Source of the DNA: an uncultured Chlamydiae bacterium
GTDB taxonomy: Bacteria > Chlamydiota > Chlamydiia > Chlamydiales > Parachlamydiaceae
Assembly: GCA_963799115.1 (NCBI GenBank)
Contig: CAWCVY010000049.1
Location: 3,901 to 67,900, forward strand
Reading direction: 5' to 3'
Length of the DNA: 64,000 nt
The translations under genes were made by a program, and so were the position numbers. Below the pieces are notes generated by a model that saw only the letters and a program-made list of their open reading frames with translations, did no database searches and was not told where the DNA came from. Below are positions 38,868 through 49,554 of the stretch, piece by piece; position 1 is the stretch's first letter; every line of letters begins with the position of its first letter.

Positions 38868-39278
38868 TTATAAATGTGTATGATGGCAAGCTTGAATCAA
38901 TCCACGAAGGTAAGTGAGAACACCAGGCTCTTTTAGAAGATTAGCGATATCAAGAGGAACATAAATCCTAACTTTCTCTTCTTTATTGGGATTGTGGGGC
39001 CGTCCGGCTCCTTCCCTTTTTCCACCTTTTCCTTTCGTTCTCTTTTCTACAGATGGGCTGACATTATCATCAAGCCTTTCTGTAATGAACTCTTCTAAAT
39101 ACAGTGGATATTTTTTTATAACCTCTTTTGCAGAATCACCACCACAACCTACCGGATAATTTGGATGTTCAAAAACCCAACAATTAACATTTTTGTCAAA
39201 CCAAGGTTCTATTTTTCCAACTTCTTCTAAAGCTACTTTTAAATGTTCTTTTATTTCTTTCTTGGTGGCCATAACCAA
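38868..39278 (-). CDS. hicB: HicB-like antitoxin
   Basis: A HicB-type N-terminal fold pattern is present (WVFEHPNYPVGCGGDSAKEVIKKYPLYLEEFI), followed by a basic linker and an RHH-like C-terminus. The gene lies immediately downstream of, and overlaps, the small toxin-like ORF. Confidence 0.55.
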   Translation of the reverse strand: MVMATKKEIKEHLKVALEEVGKIEPWFDKNVNCWVFEHPNYPVGCGGDSAKEVIKKYPLYLEEFITERLDDNVSPSVEKRTKGKGGKREGAGRPHNPNKEEKVRIYVPLDIANLLKEPGVLTYLRGLIQACHHTHL

Positions 39279-39487
39279 CCTCTAAATTTAAATTCACGTT
39301 CTGTTTTTTGGACACTATAGGCTGTAACTTCTTGTTTACCTTTTTTGGAATGGCTGATTTGTATAGTACATACATAAATTCCATTCTCATCCAGCAGTTT
39401 ATAGTCGATTTTTGCTTTTACAAGGTCCCAGCCAACAATTTTCAGGAATTTGCGATACGTCTTTTCGTCTAACGGCTTGTATGTCAT
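39251..39487 (-). CDS. hicA: HicA-like toxin candidate
   Basis: The 78-aa basic ORF has a TYRKFLKIVGW segment resembling the HicA helix 1. It follows the toxin-first gene order typical of HicAB. The GSH motif is not conserved. Confidence 0.4.
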   Translation of the reverse strand: MTYKPLDEKTYRKFLKIVGWDLVKAKIDYKLLDENGIYVCTIQISHSKKGKQEVTAYSVQKTEREFKFRGWLWPPRKK

Positions 39488-39813
39488 GAAATTTCCCTTT
39501 TCTTAATAATAGATTACTTGGGATATATAATCAACCTAAAATTATGTTTAGGACTGTCTTCCAGGTTATCGTTTGTGTGCACAATGATAAACTCTGAACA
39601 CATTATCCCCGAATAAGGATTGGAAATTCAAGTGACAAGATTTACAAGGAATAACCGCAGAGCCACAGAGATCGCCGAGGATGCGCAGATATTTTTTTCT
39701 TCACAAAGAAGGTATCTGTCGAATGGTCAACAACTTTTCAGAAATCTCCGAGCTTGCTGCATCTTTTCCTTAGTGATCAAAGTTCTCTCCGTGTTTACTC
39801 AGCGTTCTCTGCG

Positions 39814-40026
39814 GCTCCCAAGTAACTTCCCTAAATTGGGACGTTATCGATGGGTGTTATTTAAAGATTATTAACCACAGAGACCACAGAGCTCACAGAG
39901 GAAGATCTACGTCGTATAAGAACATAAACCTCTCTCTGTGAGCTCTGTGATCTCTGTGGTGGATATATTTTTACGAGTAAAGTTACTTCCTGAACGGGGT
40001 TCCACCAGGGATAGGGCAACTCTGCG
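39814..40026. repeat. 213-bp inverted repeat, left copy (contains a cacagag hairpin)
   Basis: It is the reverse complement of 42539..42751 with only about 1-2 mismatches by eye. The internal hairpin pairs 39874..39900 with 39934..39960. Confidence 0.9.
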
Positions 40027-40181
40027 GTAAACCAGCCTAGACGCCCACTAATGCACCACTCTCCTTACTCGAATCGTCTCTTAAAACGTGTCGCTAGAGT
40101 CTCGTACCTACTCCAGCCCCTAGTAAGCTCGGGGCCTGAAAAAGGTATGCTTATCCAAAACTCGCGTTGTGTACATGTAAG

Positions 40182-42269
40182 TTATTCCTCATCCTGAAGA
40201 AAGTCGGTCATTAAAAGGTTGGGATCGCAGCTTCCTCCTCGACCGATAATTTTTGATACATAGCGCTTGCCCATCACAGGATCGAATAGTCCCCCATGCG
40301 CTTTGATATAAGTAAAGGCTTTCAATGCTAATTGTTTAGACCAAAGATAGCTGTAATATTTCGACCCATAATTGGTCAGATGGCCAAACGAACAGAAAAA
40401 ATGAGTTTCTGGATCATATGCAATGATTTGAAGAGAGCTATCATAGATATCCCTGTCAATTTGAATCGGGTTCTTATTTTTCCCTTCCTTGAATAAATTT
40501 AAGGACAATTTAGACAATAGTATCTGTGTAGCTGTATTATCGCCATTACTGCCTGTGGTGATATGACCACTGTCGCCAAAGCCTCTATTTTGGAGCAGTT
40601 TATCGATAACAGTATCTGGCAACGTCTCACCTGTTAGATAATGCCGGCTGATAGTTTTAAGAACCTCCCTATCCCAGATCCATTCTTCTAATAACTGCGA
40701 GGGCATTTCGACGAAATCGATCTTGGTGTTGTAGGCCGCTTTGGTTGGCATTTCAGCTTTTCCGAGTAAAGCGTGAATGGCATGACCGAATTCATGAAAG
40801 AAGGTTTTGACCTCGGAATGTTTAAGAAGGGAAGGTTTTGTTGCAGTGGGTTTTGATAAATTAGCGATGACAAGAGCAAGAGCGGGACCAAATGTCTGAC
40901 TTCCATCAAAGCTCATAGGGGGGATGATACTGCAGCAGCAGGCGTGCGAGTATTTATTTTCCCTTGGAAAAAGGTCGGTGAGTATATATCCAATTAGAGC
41001 CTGATCAGCTTTGCTCTGACGCACTTCAATCAATTGAACAGAAGGATCCCAGTAAGCGTGTTCACCAGGTACAACTTGAAATTTCAGGTCAAAGAAAAGT
41101 TCGTAGATATTCAAAAGGCCTTGAATAGTTGTTTCTAAGGGGAAATATTCTGCGATGATGTCTTGGTCGACGTTAAGGTGTTTTTTCATATATTGGTTTA
41201 GGATAAAGGCTACATCCCATGGTTTAACCCTTCCGTCTGATGTGAGGCTGACCGATTCAGGAAGCTCACGCAATAGAATTTTCCAATCATTTTTAACTTT
41301 CACATTAGCTTCAAAGGCCAAGCTTTTCAAAAAGTTCTCAACGCAATCAGGCGTTTTTGCCATTTCAGTTGCGATATCGAATTCTGCGTAAGATTGGTTT
41401 CCCAATAGATGAGCCAAGTCATCCCGGCTATTGATTAATTCTGCCAAAATTTCAACATTTTTGGGAAAGGCGCGATTATAAAATGTGCGATAATAGTTGC
41501 GTCTAGTGGATTCAATAAGGCAATTTGTCATTATTTGAGCCCTGGTGGGATAGTCGCAAACAAGAATATAGTCCTCGCCATCGTGTTCTAGACTATTGAT
41601 GAAGCAGTCATCCAAACCGAGCAATTCCTCTTTTTTCAAGCGAAGTGTGGAATGATCTTGTGCAATATTAGCCGAGAATTTGATAGTCAATGAAGCGATT
41701 TGTTTCTGCAGTTGTTGCATTCTATCGAATCCTTGCGCGTCTAACTCAAGGCCTGCCCTGCGAAATCCCGACATCGTTTCTGATAAATAATACGCACGCT
41801 CGTTATTCAAGAGGATCTCATCTGAATGAGAGGCTTGAAATTCTTTAAAAATGCGATAGATCTCTTGATTGGTTTCAAAAAGATCGATCATATGTTCTGT
41901 CCAAGTTGCAAGGGTCTCCCGGGCTTTTTCACGTATGGTTTGGTCGGGATGAACCATCTGAAGCATGGAGAGCACGCTGCCGTAGGTCTGAGAATAAACA
42001 GCTGTTCTGTCAAATTCAAGGACGGTGTTTTCAAAGGTGCGCTCTTCAGGGGAGATGGAAAGGATTTGTGCTATTCGGGTGGCAGCATCCTGTTTAACAA
42101 AGTTAAAATTCTCTACTATTTCTTCTACAGTTTGGGGAAAAAGAGCTGCGATGTCTGAGGAGTTTTGAATCAACAAAGACCTGGAAAGAGGCTTTTGGTA
42201 AAGGACAGCCTCAGCCGAGAATGTCAAGCACGTAACGGCAAAAACAAAATTAAAGATAAAAACTTTCAT
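40182..42269 (-). CDS. M3-family oligopeptidase (thimet/oligopeptidase A/Dcp-like) with a signal peptide
   Basis: The HEXXH motif lies in the context FFHEFGHAIHALL, with a downstream EMPSQLLE motif. The N-terminus is MKVFIFNFVFAVTCLTFSAEA. Confidence 0.85.
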   Translation of the reverse strand: MKVFIFNFVFAVTCLTFSAEAVLYQKPLSRSLLIQNSSDIAALFPQTVEEIVENFNFVKQDAATRIAQILSISPEERTFENTVLEFDRTAVYSQTYGSVLSMLQMVHPDQTIREKARETLATWTEHMIDLFETNQEIYRIFKEFQASHSDEILLNNERAYYLSETMSGFRRAGLELDAQGFDRMQQLQKQIASLTIKFSANIAQDHSTLRLKKEELLGLDDCFINSLEHDGEDYILVCDYPTRAQIMTNCLIESTRRNYYRTFYNRAFPKNVEILAELINSRDDLAHLLGNQSYAEFDIATEMAKTPDCVENFLKSLAFEANVKVKNDWKILLRELPESVSLTSDGRVKPWDVAFILNQYMKKHLNVDQDIIAEYFPLETTIQGLLNIYELFFDLKFQVVPGEHAYWDPSVQLIEVRQSKADQALIGYILTDLFPRENKYSHACCCSIIPPMSFDGSQTFGPALALVIANLSKPTATKPSLLKHSEVKTFFHEFGHAIHALLGKAEMPTKAAYNTKIDFVEMPSQLLEEWIWDREVLKTISRHYLTGETLPDTVIDKLLQNRGFGDSGHITTGSNGDNTATQILLSKLSLNLFKEGKNKNPIQIDRDIYDSSLQIIAYDPETHFFCSFGHLTNYGSKYYSYLWSKQLALKAFTYIKAHGGLFDPVMGKRYVSKIIGRGGSCDPNLLMTDFLQDEE

Positions 42270-42538
42270 GATAATAACCTATTGTTGTAACTATCTTTGA
42301 TAAGAACTTCTTTTTTATCCTATTTATGTTTTTCTTGTACAGAAAAAAAAAGGAATTGAGATTCAAGGGATTAACGATGACATCTGTACTCTTAGTTAAT
42401 GTCCCCAGAAAATAATGGACGATGATAAAAAAACAGTACTCAAAATTTATGAAAGAGACAATTATCCCGATCCATTTAAGTTAATTTTCCAAGCTGACTA
42501 ATGATGCAAGTGTCTGATAAATGATCTCTTAATGATTA

Positions 42539-42751
42539 CGCAGAGTTGCCCTATCCCTGGTGGAACCCCGTTCAGGAAGTAACTTTACTCGTAAAAATAT
42601 ATCCACCACAGAGATCACAGAGCTCACAGAGAGAGGTTTATGTTCTTATACGACGTAGATCTTCCTCTGTGAGCTCTGTGGTCTCTGTGGTTAATAATCT
42701 TTAAATAACACCCATCGATAACGTCCCAATTTAGGGAAGTTACTCGGGAGC
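42539..42751. repeat. 213-bp inverted repeat, right copy
   Basis: It is the reverse complement of 39814..40026. A gattgtgcgcg..cgcgcaatc palindrome of the type adjoining the other cacagag copies follows at 42751..42775. Confidence 0.9.
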
Positions 42752-42832
42752 GATTGTGCGCGAACGCGCAATCACTGCCTCCTGTGACTTAATCCAAAAT
42801 GTTATTAAAAAACACTTAAAATATCTAATTTT

Positions 42833-44256
42833 GTGTTATACTTAAGTAGTTTAACCATGGGATGTGTTATGAATTCTTCTCAAGATTTTCATATCATTTT
42901 TAGCCATCAAGGCACGACTTATGATCTAAATCTTGTTAAAGGTGAAAAGTCTGATCATTCAGTGGAAATTAATGGTGTTAGCTATGCTGTTTTAGGGGAG
43001 AAAGAGAAGCTGGATACAGCCTGTGATATCCTAAAATCTGTATCGCTGAATTCCATTTCATCCTCTAAAGATCTACAGGGGAGGCTATCTCTTCGTGGAG
43101 ACATCTCATTTTCACAGGCGCAAAAAACCGAAGCTATTGGCATAAGAATCCTAAATTCACCCTCACCACTAGCAATTTCTGAGTATGCTGATGTACAGCG
43201 GATTGCTCGTGTTAATCAGTATATTGATGCCTTGAAAAATTCTGATTTTTATTCAGGAGTGGTCCTAGTTGCTGTGGGAGGTAAGATTGTCAGACAAGAA
43301 GCAATTATGCCTAAAAAATTAGAGTCCATGCAGAGGCCATTCACGCCAGAAACTCCTTTTAACATTTTGTCTGTAGGAAAATTATTTACCACAGTTGCGA
43401 TCATGCAGCTAGTGGAAAAAGGAGATATTAGTCTCGATCAGCCCATCCATCAATTGTTAGAGCTGGATGATTATACATTAAAAGGTTGTGATGAGACTTA
43501 TGCAAGAGGAAAACTAAATGCGAGCGACCTAGAATCTTTTATGAGTGATAAAAATATCACCATTCGACACCTTCTGACTCATACTGCTGGGCTGGTAGAG
43601 GGGCATGATGCTCCTACTAGTTACGATCCAACAAAAGTGGGAAAGGAATATATTTATTCCAATCTTGGGTTTCAGCTGCTTGCTAGAATAATAGCGCAGA
43701 AAGCAGGGATGCCCTTTATAGATATTATCAGAGATCATATTATGAGAGCCTCTGGGATCAAAGAAGAAGATTCTATTAAATATCTTAAGCTTCCACCTGG
43801 TCTGAAAGAACAGCCTAATCAGTTCAGTAATAAACGCCCCTCCGGTACTGTTGAAGAGGTCGAAAAAGGAGGACACCGCATTCCAAGTCCAGATGGCAAT
43901 GGATGTTTTTGGATGACCGCCTCTGATCTACTTAAGTTTGCTAGCGCCTTCGTCGATAATAAATTATTGAAAAATCCTCTTAGCAAAGAAGTTTTGCTTA
44001 CAAAAGATGCAAATTTTGCGAATAGAGCATTGGGATTTCAAGTTGATGGCGATGGTACAAGGAAAATCCTAGAATGATGATGCATCCCGGGTCTGAGCTA
44101 GGGGCCTCTTCGGGGCTTTGCATCATAGAAGGACAAGAACCAATTACATTAATTTGTCTATCCAATTTTAGTGAAGGTAACTGGGCTCTTCCTGGAATGT
44201 GGGATGCTGTTCTTAAAGAAAATTTTGAACAACCTTTCATGCCAACGAAAAATTAA
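42833..44256 (+). pseudogene. Serine hydrolase of the beta-lactamase/PBP (class C-like) family, frameshifted near the 3' end
   Basis: The translation carries SxxK (SVGKLFT) and YxN (YIYSNLGF) motifs. The ORF stops at 44077. The conserved HPGSELGASSGL region continues in another frame over 44074..44256. Confidence 0.7.
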
Positions 44257-44357
44257 GAACTCAATACCAAATTTGCTTACTTTAAGGCCGTCATGACTCA
44301 GAAGAAATTCAAAAAATTACCACTGAGATAGACCCTAGGTTTCTTGTTAGAGTATTA

Positions 44358-46633
44358 ATGGAGTTGGAAGAAAATAGAGCACCTGATCTGATCTCAGCGG
44401 TAGTAGCTGGTTTAACTAGCTCGAATATCGCTGAAGTTGCTTTGGGATTATCCGAAGCAGGTAATCAAGTTTCATTAGAGCTGGTACGGCAAGCGCAGCA
44501 GTCCATGATCAAAAATGCTTATGAAACACTTACCAAGGATCTCGAAGATTACGCAAGCAAAAACCTTAAGGAAGGAGCGCTTTTGGTTCAAGTGGTTGGA
44601 TTAAAAGAAGGAGAAAAACCAATCGTGTTTGGAAAACGTTCTGTAAATGACAGCGATCCTATCCTCGTTAATGAGAATACAATTGGTAGGACAGGTTCTG
44701 GAGCTAAGCTATGGGCTGGTTTATTGACTAAGGTTCTCACAACTAAATATGGGCAATATATCCAAATGAGATGACGGTCTTGGAAAATTTGCCCCCGAAG
44801 AAGCCCTCAGGAAATTTGGAAGAGTTGCCAAGAGGGAAATGATAGTGTTGACTCAGAACTTGCTAAAGATATTCCGTTGAAGGCTTAGTCGGGATGATGG
44901 CTGGATTGGAATACGAACAACCCACACCGAAAGATCCTCCTGAATCAACATTAGATCAATTCTTGCGTGGCAATGAAATCAGAGAGGGTTCAATCCATAT
45001 TCTCTATCACTCAAAAGATAAGATTAATTTTTATACAAATAATATTTGTTTTATTGCCTACCCGCTTGAAAAAGCTTATAAAAAGGTGCTGGCAGCCGAA
45101 TTGATGGAGAAAGGACAATTAGATGAGAACCAAACGCTTAGAGAGTTATCACCTCAATTAGAGACTTTCCGAAAGCAAGTGCATGAGAAAATCAGAAAAA
45201 CAGAGGAGGACATTGAAAGCATGAGGCAGCTCGGTGCTTTTGATGATGCCATCGAACCTTACGAAAATCGACTCACTCTTTTAAATGCTGATCTACAAAA
45301 ACTCTTTATCTCCGAATCTGTCTTAGATCTGACTCTGAAAGATCTAATGAATTGCGAGACAGCTAATACAAACCCTCCAGGCTCAGTTTACATGTACGAT
45401 CTATTGGATCTATTTCTTATGCCATCCCACCATCATCAAGTAGACTATGCTGAGATAATGAAAAGAGAATTTCTTGCACCTATGGAAATGGATCAGAGTG
45501 GGTTTTATGACGTCTCTGGAATACAGATGGATGTTACCTTCGAAAATGATAAAACAAAAAAAGATGAGTCTTTTACACCATCTAGAGAACACCCCATGAG
45601 GTATGGTGCTGGATTCGGAAGAACCACGTTGTCCGATGCATCAAATTTGGCAAAACGGCTATCAGATCCACGAGGCCTGGTTGCAAAGGATGACAAGACC
45701 ATCCTTTTGACACGCAAAGAGTTGGATGATTTTTTTAAACCACATGGTCATTACGAAGGATGGGGATTAGGAGGTGCTGAATTAACATGTGGAGGTAAGG
45801 TCATCGATAAAGGAGGATCGCTTAACCAAGATCAATATTCGTTCTGGGTTGACCGTGAATCTGGTATAGGAATGATCGCAATGTGTAATTGCGGTAGAAG
45901 GCCTGACAAAATACTAAATGCATTTAAAGAAAAAATCGAACACATCAATTATGCTCAAGGAACGTCAATCATCAAAGATGAAGAAGGCGCTCCCCTCGGA
46001 ATTAAAGCTGACCATTATTTCGCCCATCCATTAAAGCGAGAAAAAGTACAAAAATTGTTTGAAGGATCTAGAGGCAGAATAGCCATTCTTTTTGATTATG
46101 ATACGGCTAAAAAAGGTATGATACACTGGAGCGGTACCCCCCTTGAAGTCGAGAAACAAAAGGATGGTGAATTTCACATCACAACTCCTGGAAGGTTCAA
46201 AGATATAGTCATTAAAAAAATCACTGGAAAAGTGTCTGGAAAGGATTACTTAGCTGTTGGCGACACCTCTTTTATCGAGATAGATGCTGGCAATCTTCCT
46301 TCTCAAAAAAATATAGAAGATGCCCAGAAGGAGTTCTTAAAGTTTAGTGGTACGTATATCAATAAAGCCCATCTCGATTGGGGAGTTCTTGAATTTGGAA
46401 TTTTGGAGGATGGGAAAGGAAACATATTGTTGGGTGCTAGTGAAGTAGGCAAAGGAGACTTAGTTCCTCAAAGCATTGTTAAAGTAGAGCCAAATTCGAT
46501 CTTATTCAATGGACATGATAGGCAACCTCCTGATAAAATTTTCCGATTTGTGCGAGAGGCGGAAAGTTCTCCTTGGCGACTCCAAGTCTTAGATTATGCT
46601 TCTAAGCGATTCATTGAAGAACGCCCAAATTAA
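44358..46633 (+). pseudogene. Second beta-lactamase-family serine hydrolase with a large C-terminal extension and two frame breaks
   Basis: An SxxK-like motif (RTGSGAKLW) lies in ORF 44358..44774. The frame then switches twice within 44770..44895. ORF 44894..46633 continues with YTNN (YxN-like) and about 450 further aa. Confidence 0.6.
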
Positions 46634-47702
46634 TGGCATCGATGAGTATAGGACGATACGCTGAAGGAAGGCCGGTGATCGACACCATGGAAACATCTCC
46701 TATGTCTGAATTGAAATCTCTCAAATCAAAGGTAGGTGGGAGAACATTGCCTTTAGGGCTTAACTGTGTTAGGAATTCGGGAAAAAAGTTTTGATTCCGC
46801 ACATGAATGCCATCGGCACTTGATTGTGTAAGATGGCCAAAGTAGTAATCAGCCAAAATTCCTGAACCAAACATCTGCCCAGCTGCGTTTTCCTTAATTC
46901 CTCCAATGAGATTCGATAAAAGTGCCACACAATTAGGCTTCAAACGGCATTCTGCTTTATAGTCCGCATCAAAAGCAACCATAGGTAGTGCATCGGGAAA
47001 GACTGTTAATTTTAACTTCGTAATCATTCCACTCACATAAAAGGTCAACGTCATAGTTTCTTGCAATTTCTTTTCTTGCAAAATTTGACTCAAGGGATAA
47101 CCGATCCTCTTTAACGTAACTTGAGAATCCCCATCGCTAAAAATAGCGATTTTTACACCTTCAAGGGCAAGTTGTGCGATTGCTTCGGCGAGGTCCCGCC
47201 GGTCCTTTAATAATTCTTCCTTGGTGCGATCGTCCCTTAAACCTAATAGAGTATCGTCGACATCAAATCCTATAAAGAGTGGGCGTTGGGAAAAGGGTAG
47301 TAATAAGATTTCTTGCAGTTTTTTGAATGTAGCATTCATTCCGATACCGATGGGTTCAATCCCTGCAATGATAGTGTCTTGCCGGGTGTCAACGCCATAA
47401 ACATTCAAGCCGCGAATTTCTCTCATTGCTGCATCTCTGTCTGAAAGGGATTGATTTTGATTGCCGAAATAGACTCCTTGGCAAGGAGAAATTCCGGGGA
47501 TTTCATTCGTAAGATAATCTTGCATGGCATGGGATTTAAGAGGAATCGGATCATGTCGAATATCAATGGAAAAATTTCCCCCTTCCATAATAGCAATAGA
47601 TTGCCCTAAAACTTGCGTATATACTTTCAAGCGCTCAGCTGCTTGCGAGCTGCTCGTTGAAAAGCTTATTAGGCATAGAAACAGGCATATTTTTGCATAC
47701 AT
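46611..47702 (-). CDS. Secreted HAD-superfamily-like hydrolase candidate
   Basis: A signal peptide (MYAKICLFLCLISFSTSSSQA) is present. A DxDxT motif occurs in FIGFDVDDTLL, with a later SDGD motif. The family call is tentative. Confidence 0.45.
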   Translation of the reverse strand: MYAKICLFLCLISFSTSSSQAAERLKVYTQVLGQSIAIMEGGNFSIDIRHDPIPLKSHAMQDYLTNEIPGISPCQGVYFGNQNQSLSDRDAAMREIRGLNVYGVDTRQDTIIAGIEPIGIGMNATFKKLQEILLLPFSQRPLFIGFDVDDTLLGLRDDRTKEELLKDRRDLAEAIAQLALEGVKIAIFSDGDSQVTLKRIGYPLSQILQEKKLQETMTLTFYVSGMITKLKLTVFPDALPMVAFDADYKAECRLKPNCVALLSNLIGGIKENAAGQMFGSGILADYYFGHLTQSSADGIHVRNQNFFPEFLTQLSPKGNVLPPTFDLRDFNSDIGDVSMVSITGLPSAYRPILIDAINLGVLQ

Positions 47703-47788
47703 AAGTTTACACCAGTTGTTTGGATATTTTTATCCATTTTTTCTAAGATAAAATCTATAAAACTTTCTGAAAATACTTAAATTTTTAC

Positions 47789-47906
47789 GTAACAGTTCAG
47801 ATATCTCCTTCGTCGGGGTATCTGAGCGATTAGAATCAGGCCGAGACGGCCTGATTTACCTTTTTGGCTCAGATACCCCGACGAAGGAGAGTATCTGAAC
47901 TGTTAC
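47789..47906. mobile_element. 118-bp palindromic MITE with an 8-bp target-site duplication
   Basis: The arms are gtaacagttcagata.ctccttcgtcggggtatctgagc / gctcagataccccgacgaaggag..tatctgaactgttac, with an inner hairpin aatcaggccgagacggcctgatt. The direct repeat atttttac lies at 47781..47788 and 47907..47914. Confidence 0.8.
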
Positions 47907-47996
47907 ATTTTTACATGCCTATCCAATGGGTTATTTTTATCCCCACTATGCGGAGAATACGGCATAGTGAGGATGTTTGTACGTGGAGACTATGCA

Positions 47997-48923
47997 TTAA
48001 TCCTTTTTTTTATTTGGTAATGCCATGATAGCTCTAAAGAAATGGTGAGCTTTAGCATGCAGTCTGATATGCAAGGGAGATCGTTGTAAAATCTCAAGCT
48101 TTACCTCTCCAGGCTTTCCCATGATATGCCCTTGTTCAACGACAAACCATTCTGCATTCAGATCTACCATTCCCTGAGATATCACGTAGGCTCCTAACCC
48201 ACCTTGCATCGAACCTGTAAATGGATCTTCGGGTATCCCTACCAGTGGGGCAAATCCACGGGCATGAACATGATGGCCGGAATCAAACGTCTCATTAGTT
48301 AAAGCACAGACGATGATATGATTTCCTTTATGAGTAAACTCCAAGGCCTTTTGTTGATCTAGTTTGATTTTCTTTAATGTGTCCAGATTCGGTACGGCAA
48401 AGTATAGGTAGTTTGTGGTTTTTTCAACCAGAAGTGGTTTTTTGCAGTCAATGAAATCGAGGGGAATGCCGAGCCCATCAGCGACTTGTTCATAGGAATA
48501 GTCAGACACAGCCATATCAATCTTAGGGGCATCCAAGATATAGACAGGATCTTCAGGTGAAGTAAGATCGACCACTGTTTTGAGGACACCCTTGCCCGTT
48601 TCAATGAAAAGTTCTTTGACCTCACCTGGCTTACAACCATATAATCCATCATGAGCGAAGGCGCATAGGGCCCCAATGGTAGCATGGCCGCAATAGGGGA
48701 CTTCATGTGTGGGAGAAAAATAGCGCAGACGAATATCGGCTATTTTGCTTGGCAGGGCACAGCTGATTTCTGACTTTGTGAGCTCACTTCCCAAACTTTG
48801 CATCTGGTCATCTGATAACGTTTCTGCACCTAAAATGCATACTGTTTGATTACCTTGCAATGGTCCTCTGGCAAACGAATCGACATGGTGGATGGTATAA
48901 TTTCTAAATTCTGGTATATTCAT
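47997..48923 (-). CDS. PhzF-family isomerase-like protein
   Basis: From the ATG at 48923 the protein reads MNIPEFRNYTIHHVDSFARGPLQGNQTVCIL. It also carries YCGHATIGAL and the PhzF-type duplicated fold length. The ORF track extends to 49004. Confidence 0.75.
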   Translation of the reverse strand: MNIPEFRNYTIHHVDSFARGPLQGNQTVCILGAETLSDDQMQSLGSELTKSEISCALPSKIADIRLRYFSPTHEVPYCGHATIGALCAFAHDGLYGCKPGEVKELFIETGKGVLKTVVDLTSPEDPVYILDAPKIDMAVSDYSYEQVADGLGIPLDFIDCKKPLLVEKTTNYLYFAVPNLDTLKKIKLDQQKALEFTHKGNHIIVCALTNETFDSGHHVHARGFAPLVGIPEDPFTGSMQGGLGAYVISQGMVDLNAEWFVVEQGHIMGKPGEVKLEILQRSPLHIRLHAKAHHFFRAIMALPNKKKD

Positions 48924-48924
48924 T

Positions 48925-49554
48925 TTATTCTCCAATTTGATTAATATAATTGTAGACACTTGCACGCGAAATTTTGAGCCGTTTCGCAATAAATGGCACC
49001 GCATTTTTAAAATTAAAAATCCCTTTGTGGTACAGGTGATGGACTATCTCTTGCTTTTGTTCGCGGTTGAGGTGAGCGAGTGATAAATGCTTTTCATCCA
49101 AATACTCTTGAATCACCCTCATCGCCTGTTCTTCACACTCTATTCCAAATAGTTCGATGGGGTTCTCGGCTTCTATTTTGGTTTTTAGAAACCCCTCAAG
49201 CAAGCGGTGGGTCTCCTGGATCACACTCGTATCTGTGTTGAAGCAGATCAAGCCAATGGGCTCCTCTTTGGCATCTCGAATGGTGATCGAGGTGCATTTT
49301 AGAGGACGGCCATCCCAATTGAGCTTATAATAGGGTTCAAAATAGTCCGGAAAATCGTTGATGTTCACCTTTAACTCACTGAGCGGAGAAACATCGCCCA
49401 CCTTGCGTTGCGAGATGTTGTGGTAAATGGCTACAAGCTTCCCTTCTTTCAAATCATGCACTGCTGCTTCCACAAAGGGATGAAACAGGTCTACAATTGC
49501 TTTAATGATCGGTTCATATAATTTAAAATGGTCGGCAAATGTGTTTTTTTTCAT
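48925..49554 (-). CDS. YheO-like transcriptional regulator (PAS-like domain + C-terminal HTH)
   Basis: The C-terminus HHLYHKGIFNFKNAVPFIAKRLKISRASVYNYINQI aligns by eye with the E. coli YheO C-terminus (LYEKGIFDIKDAINQVADRLNISKHTVYLYIRQ). The central segment GLICFNTD matches GLLCINMN. Confidence 0.7.
   Translation of the reverse strand: MKKNTFADHFKLYEPIIKAIVDLFHPFVEAAVHDLKEGKLVAIYHNISQRKVGDVSPLSELKVNINDFPDYFEPYYKLNWDGRPLKCTSITIRDAKEEPIGLICFNTDTSVIQETHRLLEGFLKTKIEAENPIELFGIECEEQAMRVIQEYLDEKHLSLAHLNREQKQEIVHHLYHKGIFNFKNAVPFIAKRLKISRASVYNYINQIGE

Noticed and set aside
39620-39874. The 84-aa ORF 39620..39874 (+).
   Set aside because: It is composed of degenerate cacagag-family repeat sequence (ccgcagagccacagagatcgcc ... 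ctctgcgg) and the start of the 213-bp repeat. It is most likely not coding.
40027-42538. The idea that the inverted repeats form an invertible promoter switch controlling the M3 peptidase.
   Set aside because: The gene and its whole upstream region (42270..42538) lie inside the repeats. Inversion would carry the promoter and gene together and would not switch expression. I kept the repeats only as a structural/recombination observation.
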